From positions 27,466,001 through 27,530,000 of the forward strand of contig CP158635.1 in the NCBI GenBank assembly GCA_050273025.1: a DNA stretch of 64,000 bases, given 5' to 3'. Positions 52,123-64,000 of this stretch are shown piece by piece (the stretch's first letter is position 1; each line of letters begins with the position of its first letter). Source of the DNA: Cenococcum geophilum (lineage: Eukaryota). A program made the translations under genes and the position numbers. The notes under the pieces are model-generated. The model saw nothing but the letters and a program-made list of their open reading frames with translations, did no database searches and was not told the DNA's origin.

Positions 52123-53893
52123 AGTGTACTACTAAATAGGTGTGGAGGCGTTACGTTTGGCGTATTGAACGAGTAAATGATGGGTGTACGTGCTGCGATG
52201 AGTGAAGTTGATTTTGATACTCTTGGATGATCTTATTAAGGCATATGGAAGATACATATAGCTATCTAATTACTATTCTTGTGTGTTGGTTGCTGGTTGA
52301 CGCAAACGGCGCACACCCGATATACAGAATACGACGGGCTTAGGCGGACTATATCCGGGGCCCAACCAATCGCCACAAATTGCATTAAGGGCAACGCATA
52401 TTCTTCTTTTTTGGTATTTAGCTACGACACTATCTGCTTATCCTCTCCCTGGTATAATGGGACCAACGATTATCGATAAGAGTCAGCCAATAGGATCAAG
52501 GCTCCGTGATCATACGCGTACTTTTGATTCTCGTGTTCGCGCACAGTCCAACTCTCGTACCAGGGGAAGGATAAGCTTCCCGCCGCTACTTTCCATATCG
52601 GCCGCGTTTGGAAATATTGCCGGCACCATCAACTTGATGCAATGACTCGAGGCATTGATGAACGAGTGTCAAAAAGTCCATTCTAGTTGGAATTTGGAGT
52701 TAAGAAAGGGAGCCAAGATTCTTCTAACGCGATTTATAAAATTCACTCATCCGGTACTGCGTCTCCCCTCACTGCCAGGTCTTCCAGAGCTGGCCCTCCT
52801 TCGAGTTCTATTGTCCTTCGAATCTCTTCGTTACGAGGGATAATTCTAACTTTGAACAGTTGAGGTCGCATATTGAGGCTGTTCCTAGTCTCTACTAGCA
52901 GATTCATGCTAATAAGCTACTGCGGGCCGCTTTACGTGTGATTAAATTCTCGCCATCTCTTTGCTCGTATTCCCTCCACAGACGGCTGCATACTAAAGTC
53001 GACTAGCCGTAATTGCACCATTTGCTCCTGTCTCGTGTCTCTCCATCCGCGCCTCGGTGCGCCAGACATCCCAAATATGGAGAGAAAATGCCATCCAGCC
53101 AGGCTCAAAGGCCGGCGCACTGCCATCAGGGAGATTTGACATCTTCCCTAGCAAATGATGCTGACTGTATATCAAATTGTTGATTCCTTGTAGCCAGATC
53201 AGCTTGTAATCCAGCTTGACCATGGATCCCTCTGATACACCACCGTTTCTCGACCACTGATCACTATACTCTACAGTCCGCTACTTGTTATGCACAATGT
53301 ACGCCTCCGCACCTTCACTGAGCAATACGACGGAAGCTCATGGTTTCTACTCCCTCTCCTACTCGTTACAGAGGAGGTCGTCGTCTCAATTGCCGGAAGG
53401 GTCAGCAAGGCCAGGAATCATGGATACCATAAAAGAGGAATGATAGAATTGCAATGATAGCAATGCCGACGATAACGGTAACAGTGACGTCTCATAGTGA
53501 TACCTGACCGGGAAATATAGGAGGAGATTGGACAACACAAAGACCTCGGCAATGATCAGTGTCTCTTGTCTAAGAGTGGTCATCGCAGTCTGATTGTCTG
53601 CTCTGCCTTTGTCTGGGACAAGGGATGATGTGAAGTTCATCGGCAAGCTAACAGAGAATGCAGACATTCTCAAAGATATATCATCGTGGCTCCAGCAGCG
53701 TTGGATCCAGCATCGAATTTGACGCTCGCATTATTTGGTTGCAGTGAGCTAGCTCCATTTTGGCCCTGTTGATTTTTGTGACCTGTTACACTGCCCATCA
53801 ATTCGGCATCAGATAAAAATGCTCGATTTATATTTTCCCCAAAATATACGTATCCAAAAGCCTTGACCATGCCTCCCGTGTCAAAAAGCTGGG

Positions 53894-54869
53894 TTATTCT
53901 AAGAAGTTACCATTACTCTTTGCCAGCTGCTCGTCGTAATACCCCTGGAAAGCAAGCCAGCCCTTCTCGGGCCTTCCAACCTGATCATATGAAAAGGCAC
54001 CCTCGGCATCGCCGATAAGAATTTTCTTATAGCCAGAACCAGCAGAAGCCGCATCAGCAAGGAGCTGGGCGTGGCAGGTTTTATCGAGACTAATGAACCA
54101 GAAGGCTGCTTCGTCAACACTCTGGCCGACCGTGAGTAAGCCATGGTTTTGCAAGATAACGGCTTTACCGCTACCCAACGCTTTGGCTATCCGCTTTCCT
54201 TCCTCTTGACCCAAGACTATACCACCGAACTGGGTGTAGACTGAATGGCTCTTGTAAAAGCGCAGACTGTCTTGGGTCATCATATCGAGCTCTCGCCCAA
54301 ACACACTGAATGCCTTCCCATACACTGAGTGAGCGTGGCAAGCAGCATGCACATCCGGCCTGGCTTTGTGAATTTCCGAGTGAATAGCAAATGCCGCAGC
54401 ATTGATTGGCTCTTCTCCAATGACTACCTCGCCGTTCTCGTTGACGAGAATGAGATCACTCACACGGATCTGCGAGAAGTGTTGGGAGAGAGGATTCAGC
54501 CCTATTATAATTAGCGCCACCTCTAGAAATCCAGAATGTATGACGTATGTATAAAGTGTCTGCTATTGTGTATCATTATTGGGCGCAGCGCATCACCAGC
54601 GATTCTTAGGCAAACTTACAAAAGTGGTCAGTTAGAATTGGATCCCGTACTGAAATGTGTCCAGCAACGCCCTCATCGAACCCCCTTTCGGCAAAGATGC
54701 GGAACGCCGCCGCAAGATGCTGCTTTCGGTAAAGACGCTCTTCTTCTAGGCTGTCGAACTTAGGATACTGACGAACTTTGAGAACCTTGCCGCTAGTTGT
54801 TTTCCCCATTGCACCGACAACGGCATTCTCAGTAGTCTCAGCCTTGAGGGTAGTCGCCATTGGTGCCAT
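53894..54869 (-). CDS. Class II aldolase/adducin family protein (2 exons)
   Basis: [70 protein letters not shown]. Confidence 0.93.
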
Positions 54870-55338
54870 CCTAGATTATCCGTCCACAGTAGCTCAAGGC
54901 TTAAGTAATAATGATTATTTGTTATAGAGACACTAATGCTTATGTTTTTTTTAAAAAGAAAATTTTTTAAAATTTAGGAGTGTGCAATGGATATATATTC
55001 AACATTAACTGGCCTTGATGTGCAGTTATTATTCGTTCAAGCTACGAAGATCTCTATTCACTATCGCCGGCTTATTTCCGGGCCGATGTCGGTATGAACA
55101 CCTCGGCATTACTCTTGTAGCTAACTCCACTCCAGGAATTATATCTTTGCCCATCTCTTCTTCGGCTTCCATCCTTTAATTTGCACTGGCTGAATGGTTA
55201 AAACCAGTAATCCTTCTCTCGTCGTGTACCATCTTGAACATCTATAATATTGTTGGAACCGTAATAACGCCTTAGAAAGCTTAGCTTCGGCAGTTCCCCT
55301 TGTGCTCCCATCCTTTTTATACCATATCTAGCTCAGGG

Positions 55339-58300
55339 TCAATACTGACCACAGAAATACGGCGCCCCTTCGTGCTCGTCCTCACTGTCCCTCCCATTGT
55401 CCCAAACATCTCCCACACGACTTGTACGATTGTCCATCGGTGACACGACCTTATCTATCAATTTAACAATCTCTTTATTTCCTTTCTTCTTGGCAACATC
55501 TCTCGCGGTGCCTTGTTCCCTACTCAAAATCCCAACATCTTCTACCGACATACTAGCAAGCAAGCATTCAACGACATTAACTTGTCCTTTTCTAGTAGCC
55601 AGGTGAAGGGGAGTCAGGCCTTTGGAGTCTCTTAGTGACGGACTAGTGCCGTACTTAAGCAAAAATTGGACGGAATCAACGTGGCCACCGCGGGCGGCAT
55701 GGTGCAAAGGCGTTCTGCCTCGATAATCAGGAAGATCTGTACCAGCGCCCTCGGCTCTTAGCCGGCTGACGACGTCGAAATGGCCATGGTGGGCAGCCAG
55801 ATGTAACGGCGTTTTCATTTTGTCATCGAAGAGGTTTGAGGATGCAACCAAATGGATGAGCCGTCGGACAGTCGGCTCGTGGCCGTTTTTGGCGGCTTCG
55901 TGGATTGCTGTTCGGCCCTGTTCATCGCGGGAAGATGCATTTGCCCCGCATTCCAAGAGCAGATTGACCGTGCTAACGTTTCCTTGCGCGGCAGCAGTAT
56001 GGAGCGCTGTTTGTCCATGTGAATCAGAAATTTCGATTGGTATTCCCTGATCTAGGAGACGCTGAACGGCAGTTTCTTCGCCAGTTTGCGCCGCGGAATA
56101 ATGAAGTGCAGTCTTGCCTTCATCGAGTTCATTCGCCCGGCTGATATCTGCTCCACGTTGGATCAGCAGATCAATAGCCTTAGCCCGTCCGAAACTTGAG
56201 GCAACATGAAGTGCGGTGCAGCCTGCTCCGTTCTCTTGATCAGGCACCGCCCCAGCGTCCAGGAGCAACCCCATGATTTGCACATCCTCATTTCCAGCAG
56301 CAACACATAGCGGTGTTTCGCCTCTCTTTGTTCTATGGTTCGGCGTTGCGCCATGTCGGAGAAGGAGTTGGACAGCATTTCTCATACGGAAAAAAGTGGC
56401 GTCATGAAGAGGTGTATCCCCGGCATCATTTTGTGAATCTACCCAGGCTCCAGAGTCTAGCAGCAGTTGAATGGCGTCCAAGCGTCCTTCTTGTGCGGAA
56501 ATATGAAGGGCAGTGCGCCCATGTCTAGCCGGCAAATTAACATTCGCACCTTCGGCCAAAAGAACCTTAGCTGCGTCTAGATGCTCATGTAAAATAGCAA
56601 GATGTAGGGCCGGTTCCTGGTCAGGGTGTATCACATCTTTAATTGCTCCTTGCTGTATGAGAAATGAAACCATAGCGGCGTCACCAATGGCGGCAGCAAG
56701 TTGCAAGGCCGTTGTCCCCTCACGGGCGGAGTTACAATCAATTCCAGAGTTTAAGATCCATGAGACTGCATCCCGGCTACCAGCTTTAACAGCAGATAAT
56801 AGCGCCTTCTCGTATGACGCACCATTCTCAACAAGAGCCTGGGCCACCTTCACATTTCCAGTTTTTCCAGCAATAAATAGGGCTGTATGCCCATTCGCGT
56901 CGGGACATTCAACTTCTGCACCGGATTCAATTAATAAACGGACAACTTCTTCTGATCCAAGGAATGCGGCGGAATGTAGGGGCGTTGTTCCGTCAGATTT
57001 CTTCACTGCCGCTTCAGCTCCTTTACGAAGAAGAGAGGATACTATTGACCAGTTCCCGTTCCGACAAGCATTACAAAGAGGGGTGGATGTCTGGTTAGGA
57101 AATTTAGTTCCATCCACACTAGCTCCAAATCTGAGTAAGAGTTCCGCGAGTTCGCCCATTCCTTTCGAAGAAGCAAGGTGGAGAGGTGTTTCACCAACAT
57201 TGTTCACTGCATTAATGCCCTCTGCGTGGTCGGATATCAAACGTTGGCAGATCTTCATGGCTAGTTCTTCGTTCCCTAAATCTATAGTGCGATGAAGCAC
57301 TGTATTTCCACTTGTGTCCTTGAGATTCGGGTTGATATCGATGCTGTCTTGTGCGGCCAGCAAAAATTCAGTCAACAGAAGGTTCCCTTGATCATTTTCG
57401 TTTGTCCCTTGTTCACTTAACTCCGTAGAATCCACTCGATCGCTGGCCAAAGACGGTAAAACTAACTGGAAAGGCTCAAGGCGCTCGCTAGGGTGACTTC
57501 GAGCGTAGATGTCTTGCCGAAAAGCCCCAGGTGATGTGATGGATGGAATTTCCTCTTTTTGCACGTCCCGTATCCTACTATCGTCCGTTACAAGATCGAG
57601 CTGGTATTTCGAAGAACTAGTAGTATGAGAGGCTGTCGAACCCTTTCGTTCTGATACATTTTCGCTGATCTGATATCCCTGTCGATTCTTGACTGTCTCG
57701 ACGTTTCCGCTATGCGGTCTTATGTTCTCTGCTTCAACCCCTTCATCCTCCCGAGCAAGAGATGTTAAAAGTGCAAGCGCTGCTTCCTGAGGGGTTTTGT
57801 TCTCAGTCAAGTCGAAGCATTCCTGAATAGTACGGTCAATTTCCGTAAAAGATTTCTTAGCTGTGAGCAGTAATAGCCTCTCCATTGGTTTCTGTAGACT
57901 AGCGGGCAGATTCTTAGCCACTGCACGTTCTCTCACTTTGGCCGAAATATATAAGCGGAGATCTTCTGCAAGCCGACGGTTAACACTAGGGTTTAGGGAT
58001 ATATTTGCGAAAGATGACATAGCATTTTGTATGCTTGGAGCGGATTCCCGAAGGACCACTAGCAATTTCATGCGCGAGGATCCATCGCGGGTGGCTTGAA
58101 GCTTATCCATAAAACAGGTCAGGGATTGTTGCTCGCACATATCGAGGCCGTCAAGGACACAGTATATATCTTCAAAAACATGGTTTGTGATCATTTCTTC
58201 GAATATTCCCCATACCGTGCTAAATGAGTAAGCACGGAGGGTCTTTTCTAAGGCGTCCCGGTCCACAGCGGGCCTGGTTAGAACAAGCTGGAATAGTGCG

Positions 58301-60833
58301 GGCTGTAGGACGAGAAGCTGGTAAATAAGACGCCAGAGGATCATGATCGCATTGTCTCCTACGAAAGATGACAACATGATCCGATTTGGCATCGATGGTA
58401 GGATCCGTGCAATCTCTTTCATTATGTAAATGGCAAGTATCGTTTTGCCTGTTCCTGGATCCCCTGAAATCCAGAGAGAGCTTGTGGCGGAGGACGCCCA
58501 ATTGCGAAATGGCTCACTCTGCAGTACCCATTCGCATGTGCCTTTAACAGGTTCACCTTGGTGTGCTATGAAATTGTCCACATCCCTGAACGGATCGCCA
58601 TTGATAATCCGAAGCAACGACTGAAGATATGTAGAGGCATCTTTTCGTCGACGTTCGCCCTCGCTGTCTAGTTCTGAAATCTGCTCTGAATCAGATCGAG
58701 ACAACAAATTCGACAGGGCTTGGCCGGTCGTAGAATGGGAATCTTCCGGGCCGGAATCTGTGTCCGGGCCTGATTCTAAGTCTGAGGCCGACTTTGCGTG
58801 AATCTGTACAGCCTCGTATGTATTCATTTTGTCCACGCCGGGAGCAGAGTTCTGAATATGCTTGGATTCAAACCCAGCACACAACATTCGTAAGATAACC
58901 TCGTGGCCCTTATTGCTAGCAATGTGACAAAGCTCCTGAGGGTCTTCATCGGCTCCATGAGCAATCAGGATCTCTACTACACGCGCATTACCCTGAATTG
59001 TTGCTGCTCGCAATGCACTTCTCCATGTGCGACCTTGAGAGTTTATATCTTCACCGCCCTTCAGAAGTTTTTCTACCTCACTGGTATTTCCTTCGAATGC
59101 CGCTATATGCAAGGGTGGATCGCCGTTAACGCTCATTGCAGGGAGAGTCATGGATTGATTTGTTTGATCGTCTGAACTGGTTTCCGAAGGACGATCTCCA
59201 ATCGCCACGGCTGCTGCTGATGACTCTTGCCTCATCGCCTTCTAAAGATCCTCGGGGAATAGCAAAAAGTGCTAGCTGTTCCATGTGGCTAGCAACGTGA
59301 GACCTAAACTGCGCAGGTGTAACAAACAATTCAGATAGCCCTGGGTTAGTCTCTTTCAATCTTGCATCCCAAGTATCGCAGAAAGGACATTCATTTGCTG
59401 GAATACGATCGACAGGCTGTTGGCTGGCATTAAGCAGTGCTGGTATCTGGGCTTCCGTGAGATTGTGTGCATGGCATGATCTTACGTGCCGTTCTAATTT
59501 GCCCTGGATGTCGTATTTCCGGGAGCAGAGCTGGCAACACCAGTCGAGACGATGATGCTGAAGCTCGTGGCTGAACCATGCCTGACGAGAAGAGAACATC
59601 TTAAGGTCGCACTGCTCAAACGTGCAAAGATACGGCCTTAAGTCGTTGTAGACATGCTTCCTAAAAATTCGCCAAATAAGTAATCATATTAATAAGACAC
59701 GGTTAAAGACCTGCGATGACTCACTTCCACGCCTTTTGAGTCTTGAAATTCTGAATTCCCCAGCAATGGGGACATTCAAAGGCCGTGCTCCCTCTCGAAA
59801 CCTCTTGGATTGGTATGACACGCAACTTGCCACTTCCATCGTCTTCATCAGCAACTGAAGTCGCATAAGATGTTTGAGTCAAGCCGTCGGAAGGATCCTC
59901 CGCTTTCTCCAAGTGCGATGCTACTAGAGTAGACGCTTTTGTTAAGGGCAGAGTATCTGCTGGCTCGGATACGCCCAGGTGGCTTCCACTATATGCCATC
60001 GACGCTACTCTAGGCATCTGGTGTTGGGCTTGTATCATCGTGTTGGTGGTAGAAACATAGATTGGTGCTTCCGCTATCAATTGTTTTTTCAGAGCATTGT
60101 GATGCTCCTCGCAGTAGCGTAAATACTGCCTCCGATGGGTAATAGCTTTTCCAAGACGATCTCGAAGCCAGTTTTTCAATTTCGGGAACTTTTGGGTTAC
60201 ATGTGCAATATCGAACTGGTCGCTGAAAGGATTTGGCGCGGTTGCAGCTTTGGCGTAGCGGTCCCTAGGTGTAGCGTTTCGGACCATCATTGATGTCTTG
60301 AAAAGGCTGGAAATAATGTCGGCAATAGGATCCAGAGTATCCCCATCTTCGGGAATTCCATCAGACGAAGCCGAATAGTCTTCTTCACCTGTGTCGCTGT
60401 TTAGGGATATGCATGAGTCCGATAAGCTGCGCTCCCTCCCTTTGTTCAATAGGGTTTCGCTATCACAAGGTATGGCTATTATGGCTGAATATATTAGTTA
60501 GAGTCGGATGAAGACTTTATTAGATCCTAAAATGAGCAACGCACCTTCTTCCAATGCTTCTTCGAGATCTCCAAGGAGCTCGGTAATCAACGCTACAACG
60601 CGAGGCGCTTTACGAAGTCTATAATCCAACGATGTGGGGAATTGAATGTCCTGTAGTGCTCCCATATTTCCAGCCCAGATTTTGAACCTATCGCGCTGAT
60701 CTGAGGCGTCGAAGACATTGGCCACATTGTTTCCGGTCAATTCTGGATGCGGGAGTTTCTCGCACAAGGCTTCAAGCTTGGCCCAACACAGCCTGGTTCG
60801 AGACGCAATCGGGGAATCGCCTTTCAATGTCAT
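55339..60833 (-). CDS. Large NLR-like gene: helical N-terminal domain + C2H2 zinc-finger array + ankyrin + NACHT + ~17 ankyrin repeats; apparent frameshift near 59226
   Basis: Exon 1 DQRDRFKIWAGNMGA..SLDYRLR; FECPHC..WKKHVYNDLRPYLCTFEQC..WFSHE..H, CQLC..H..H, CPFC..HVASHMEQLALFAIP; DPPLHIAAFEG; WISGDPGTGKT, VLDGLD; long ankyrin array 55430-57310. Introns ~60544-60488 and ~59724-59661. Confidence 0.85.
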
Positions 60834-61222
60834 CTTGTGATGCTGAGTGTGGCTTCTAAAATTGCTCAGATTAGCCTAGCGATAAAAGGCCCATTCTCGC
60901 ATTTACTGCAGATATGTAGGGCCGAGCGAAGAATTGTGAGTGAGAGGTACTGAAACCCCCAGGCTGTGAATGACTTTTGACAGATATAGGCCTCGGGAGA
61001 CTTGTGGGGCCGTCAGAGTCTTGGAAAAATAAATACGCAAGGCGTAAAGGTGAGGCGGGCTTGCATAAACACAGCCTCAGGATGCCCAAGGCTGAGTGTT
61101 GCCTAGCCGGAGGTGATCGTGAGGCGGCTTAGAGGGGTAACCTGTATAATACAGACAGGGTCGCCTTTTTGATTTTCAAACCAGATAAAAATTCAATAAT
61201 TTTTTGCGTTCCTAAAATATTC

Positions 61223-62174
61223 ATGATGAGTGGCTTCGAGGTAGTAAGCCTACTCTTAGCCATATTTCCTGTCATCGTCTCAGCTATGGAGCACTGGCGC
61301 GAGAGCGCGGAAGTGATGGAGAATTGGACGAAAATCAAGCCAAAGTATAAGAAGTGCAGGAGAGAAATGAGGATTCAGGAGGAATTTTTTAGGCAGAATA
61401 TCGAACAGTACTTGCTTCCGCTTGTCGTTGATGAGGACGAGCTGAACTTGTTGATTTCTGAGCCTTGCGGGCTGGCTTGGAAAGATCCTGCTCTGGAGAC
61501 ACGACTGCGAGCAAGACTTCCTAAGGCATATGATCTTTATTTGGAGATAATTGAAGAGCTGGGTGAAGTTATGAAATCACTGCAAGATGAACTCGGAGTT
61601 GGCAAAATTGAACCTAGCCTCGTGAGCGACATCGAAACCGTCGTTCGTTCTCCTGTACTAAAAGCTCGCATAGGATCTATTACCTAAAAGCAAGAATACT
61701 CCAGGTGGTCTTAGCAAGAAAGCAAGACTAGAATTCGAGGCTCAGAGAATCAAATTTAGCTTTGGTCAAAATACACGAAGTAAACTTTTCGAGGAAATTG
61801 CTCACCTAAACAACCAATTGCGAGATCTGCTTGTCTCGCACGAAAGAAGCACTGCAATAGTGACAAATATTGGTAGGAATAGCGGTTCTGGACTTAGTAA
61901 GGGGATTTTGGAGTTTTGGCAACATGCGAATAGGATTTTCAAGCTTCTGAATAGGGCTTGGCGTTGTAGTTGCCCATTCTCCCATGGGGCTAACCTTGCA
62001 TTGACACATCGAAGGTCACCAGAAGTTGACTTCAGGGTCCTCTTTTGGTTTTCTGAGTCTGATCATGCTTCAGGGCCGTGGACCTGGCAAGAAACAAGAA
62101 TAAGGAAGCTGGAGTCAACCACAACAGCGGTCACGGCTATTCCGAAACTGTCAATCGGGAGTCCGTGCACCGAT
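61223..62174 (+). pseudogene. HeLo-like N-terminus protein (DUF7580-type family), 3'-truncated by Copia insertion
   Basis: MSGFEVVSLLLAIFPVIVSAMEHW..LLLPLV..LISEPCGLAWKDP.LE.RL..RL..AY.LY; intron 61622-61673; FW.HA.RIF.LL.RAW.CSC..SHGANL.L.HR; the frame runs into LTR sequence. Family name from memory. Confidence 0.72.
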
Positions 62175-64000
62175 TGTAAGAAAAGAATGATGACTCTGTC
62201 TATTGAATGGTGGCTCTAGAGCCTCTATATATACATAGGAAAGGTGTAGGAAATGAGAACGAGAAGGGGGTAGGGGGGTGGCAATGGAAACAAGGGGTAG
62301 GTGACTAAGTCAATGATCGAGTCAATGATTGAGTCAATGACTGAGTTAATGGGAGGCAGCTGAGTCGGTGATAAGATAACCTGATTCAGGTCAACACACC
62401 CCCCCAGCTGATTGACTGGTAGGTGATTAGCTGGATATACCTAAATAGGAAATATCTATGGTGTTAAACTAAATAGAAACCATCTAATAGTAAGAATTTG
62501 ATAAGGAAATCGTGTAAATAAGTTAAATAGTATAGTTAAATCTGATTACAATAGAGTCTTAATATTAATCAGATTTAGTTATTAAATAAAGCTTTCGTGC
62601 TTCTGCCTTGGCAGGGCCTTTATAAGGCCGTTAGCCGTCATATTAGTAGTAGGGACCTACTTAATTATAATTAAGCCCTTTTAAACTTCTTGGCGAAGCT
62701 AATGCTGGTAAATATCTACGTAACGAAGCTTTATATTTAACTGAGGTCCGTTCTTAGTAAGCAGTCGAATTATCTGTAGGTTATTATAGCCAATTGTATA
62801 TTCCTTATTTGTATGGAGTTGTATAGCTTAAAAGAAGCGCTACTACTAAATTAATTCGGTAGCTGCATTTAATAGAGCCTTAAGCTTAGCTTTAGTGCTT
62901 AATGTTATAACTATCTTCTGCTTAGTGGAGCGCCAGTTAATTACTTCCCTAAATAGTGAAAATATGAAGCCTTTAGTGCTCTTCTAACTGATAGGATTAT
63001 TGCTAAATGCAGCATTACTTATATAGACGACGATCTAACTTCCAATATTCCTATTTAAGTATTTGATCGCTAGGGTTCTTGTTTAATAGAGGTATACAAT
63101 TGCTTAATTAACTGCGGCTTTATATAGGGGCGACGGATTGCGAAGGAATTCTACGAGCTTGCTTGAGGCTTAAGCGACGTTAGGTTATATAATGTAGGTG
63201 GCGTAGAGTAGTAAGCTGACCTTCCGTTAATATATATAGACCTACTGCTTAGAGGCCTGTTCTAGATTAGGTAAGAGATCGTCTATACTTATTAGCGTAT
63301 ATATTAGACAATAATCTTTTAGATAAAAGGTGCTAGCGATCTTATTAATATAGGAATCTTAATAGAGCTAAAGCTTCCGTTAAGGTTAATTACGGAGGAT
63401 TCTAATTCCTAAGAACCAGGTTAGTTCTCTAAGGTTCTTAATTTCATACTTCTTTATTAGCTCTTCCTTAAAGAGTTAAAGCTTTAGTATATCTTCTATA
63501 CGGCAGGCTACTATAATATCGTTAATATAAAAGAATATAATTAGCCAGTCGTTATAAAATAGGTATAATTCTTTATTAACTGCCGTCAGACCTAGGGTCG
63601 TTAGGGTAGTTAAGAACTTATTAAGCTAAAGTAGTGGTAATTATCTAAGGCCGTATAAGGCTCTTTAAAGGAGCAGACACTTACCCTTCTATTAAAAGCC
63701 ATCTGGAAACTTAATATAGACTATCTTATCAATAAGGCTATTAGCAAAGGCGTTAACTATATTGCACTACTAAGTCTCTAGATTACATATAGCGACGATC
63801 GCCATTATAGCCCTAAATATTTTTACTACAAGGGTTACTATATATGTGTTCTTTTCGCTAGGTCGTTATAAGTCACCTTATATATAAAGACGGGCTTTAA
63901 ATTTAACTAGATATTTATTAGTGTTAAACTTATAAATAAACACCTAGGTAACGGGTAAGACGTTAAGCGACACTATCCGTATAACGGTCTCAAATGTCCC
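62149..64000 (-). mobile_element. Ty1/Copia retrotransposon, 3' part (RT, RNase H, PPT, 3' LTR ~62149/62175-62396), RIP-mutated
   Basis: Minus strand de-RIPed RALYGLRQSPLLW (~63630-63665), FFYVDDI (~63515-63535), MTADGLTKALPRQKH (~62595-62642); minus-strand AGCT-G-run-TG polypurine tract followed by TGTTGACC at 62396. Left LTR edge uncertain. Confidence 0.9.
62308..62351. repeat. 12-bp tandem repeat (GTCAATGAYYGA, ~3.5 copies) inside the Copia LTR
   Basis: gtcaatgatcga gtcaatgattga gtcaatgactga gttaatg read directly. Confidence 0.85.

Noticed and set aside
45825..54869. MFS + MDR dehydrogenase + class II aldolase as a secondary-metabolite cluster
   Set aside because: No PKS, NRPS, terpene synthase or pathway transcription factor in the window; the genes are interspersed with unrelated ORFs.
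51028..57295. Long antisense ORFs over the dehydrogenase and ankyrin regions (51028-51648, 56513-57295)
   Set aside because: Shadow frames of GC-rich or repetitive coding sequence with no independent motifs.
36504..62174. Starship/giant transposon carrying the NLR-rich right half
   Set aside because: No DUF3435 tyrosine-recombinase captain or boundary repeats visible, and a conserved CSC1 gene sits in the middle; cannot be supported from this window.
55339..62174. Amyloid signalling motif (HET-s/PP/sigma type) linking the NLR and its neighbour
   Set aside because: No G/N/Q-rich pseudo-repeat seen at the NLR N-terminus; the partner's C-terminus is missing from the window, so untestable on that side.
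40515..62351. Short tandem repeats (40515, 49454, 62308) as CRISPR-like arrays
   Set aside because: No spacers, only 2-4 copies, eukaryotic context; ordinary mini/microsatellites.

Overview
Filamentous ascomycete (Pezizomycotina) genomic DNA with spliceosomal introns and RIP-type mutation. 1-17.3 kb is an AT-rich, RIP-destroyed nest of transposons. A Copia element is interrupted by a complete minus-strand Gypsy (B, 10221-16564) and by a second Gypsy (C). C is interrupted by Gypsy A', and a complete same-family Gypsy A (340-8290) sits head-on in the gag start of A'. A foldback element and a Fot1/pogo-like terminus close the nest. Gypsy A carries an antisense, intron-containing Zn2Cys6-like/coiled-coil gene between pol and the 3' LTR. 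17.6-36 kb is mostly housekeeping genes (GAF/fRMsr, Fta4, SIKE/SCI1-like, PMI, SGF29, ARF6, GT8, mitochondrial carrier) plus two orphan pseudogenes with C->T nonsense codons. 36.5-62.2 kb holds a NACHT-ankyrin NLR, a CSC1/OSCA channel, an MFS transporter, an MDR dehydrogenase and a class II aldolase. It ends with a head-to-head pair: a large helical-N-term/C2H2/ANK/NACHT/ANK gene (frameshifted) and a HeLo-like gene truncated by a RIPed Copia (62.15-64 kb). All calls come from manual motif reading; no searches were run.
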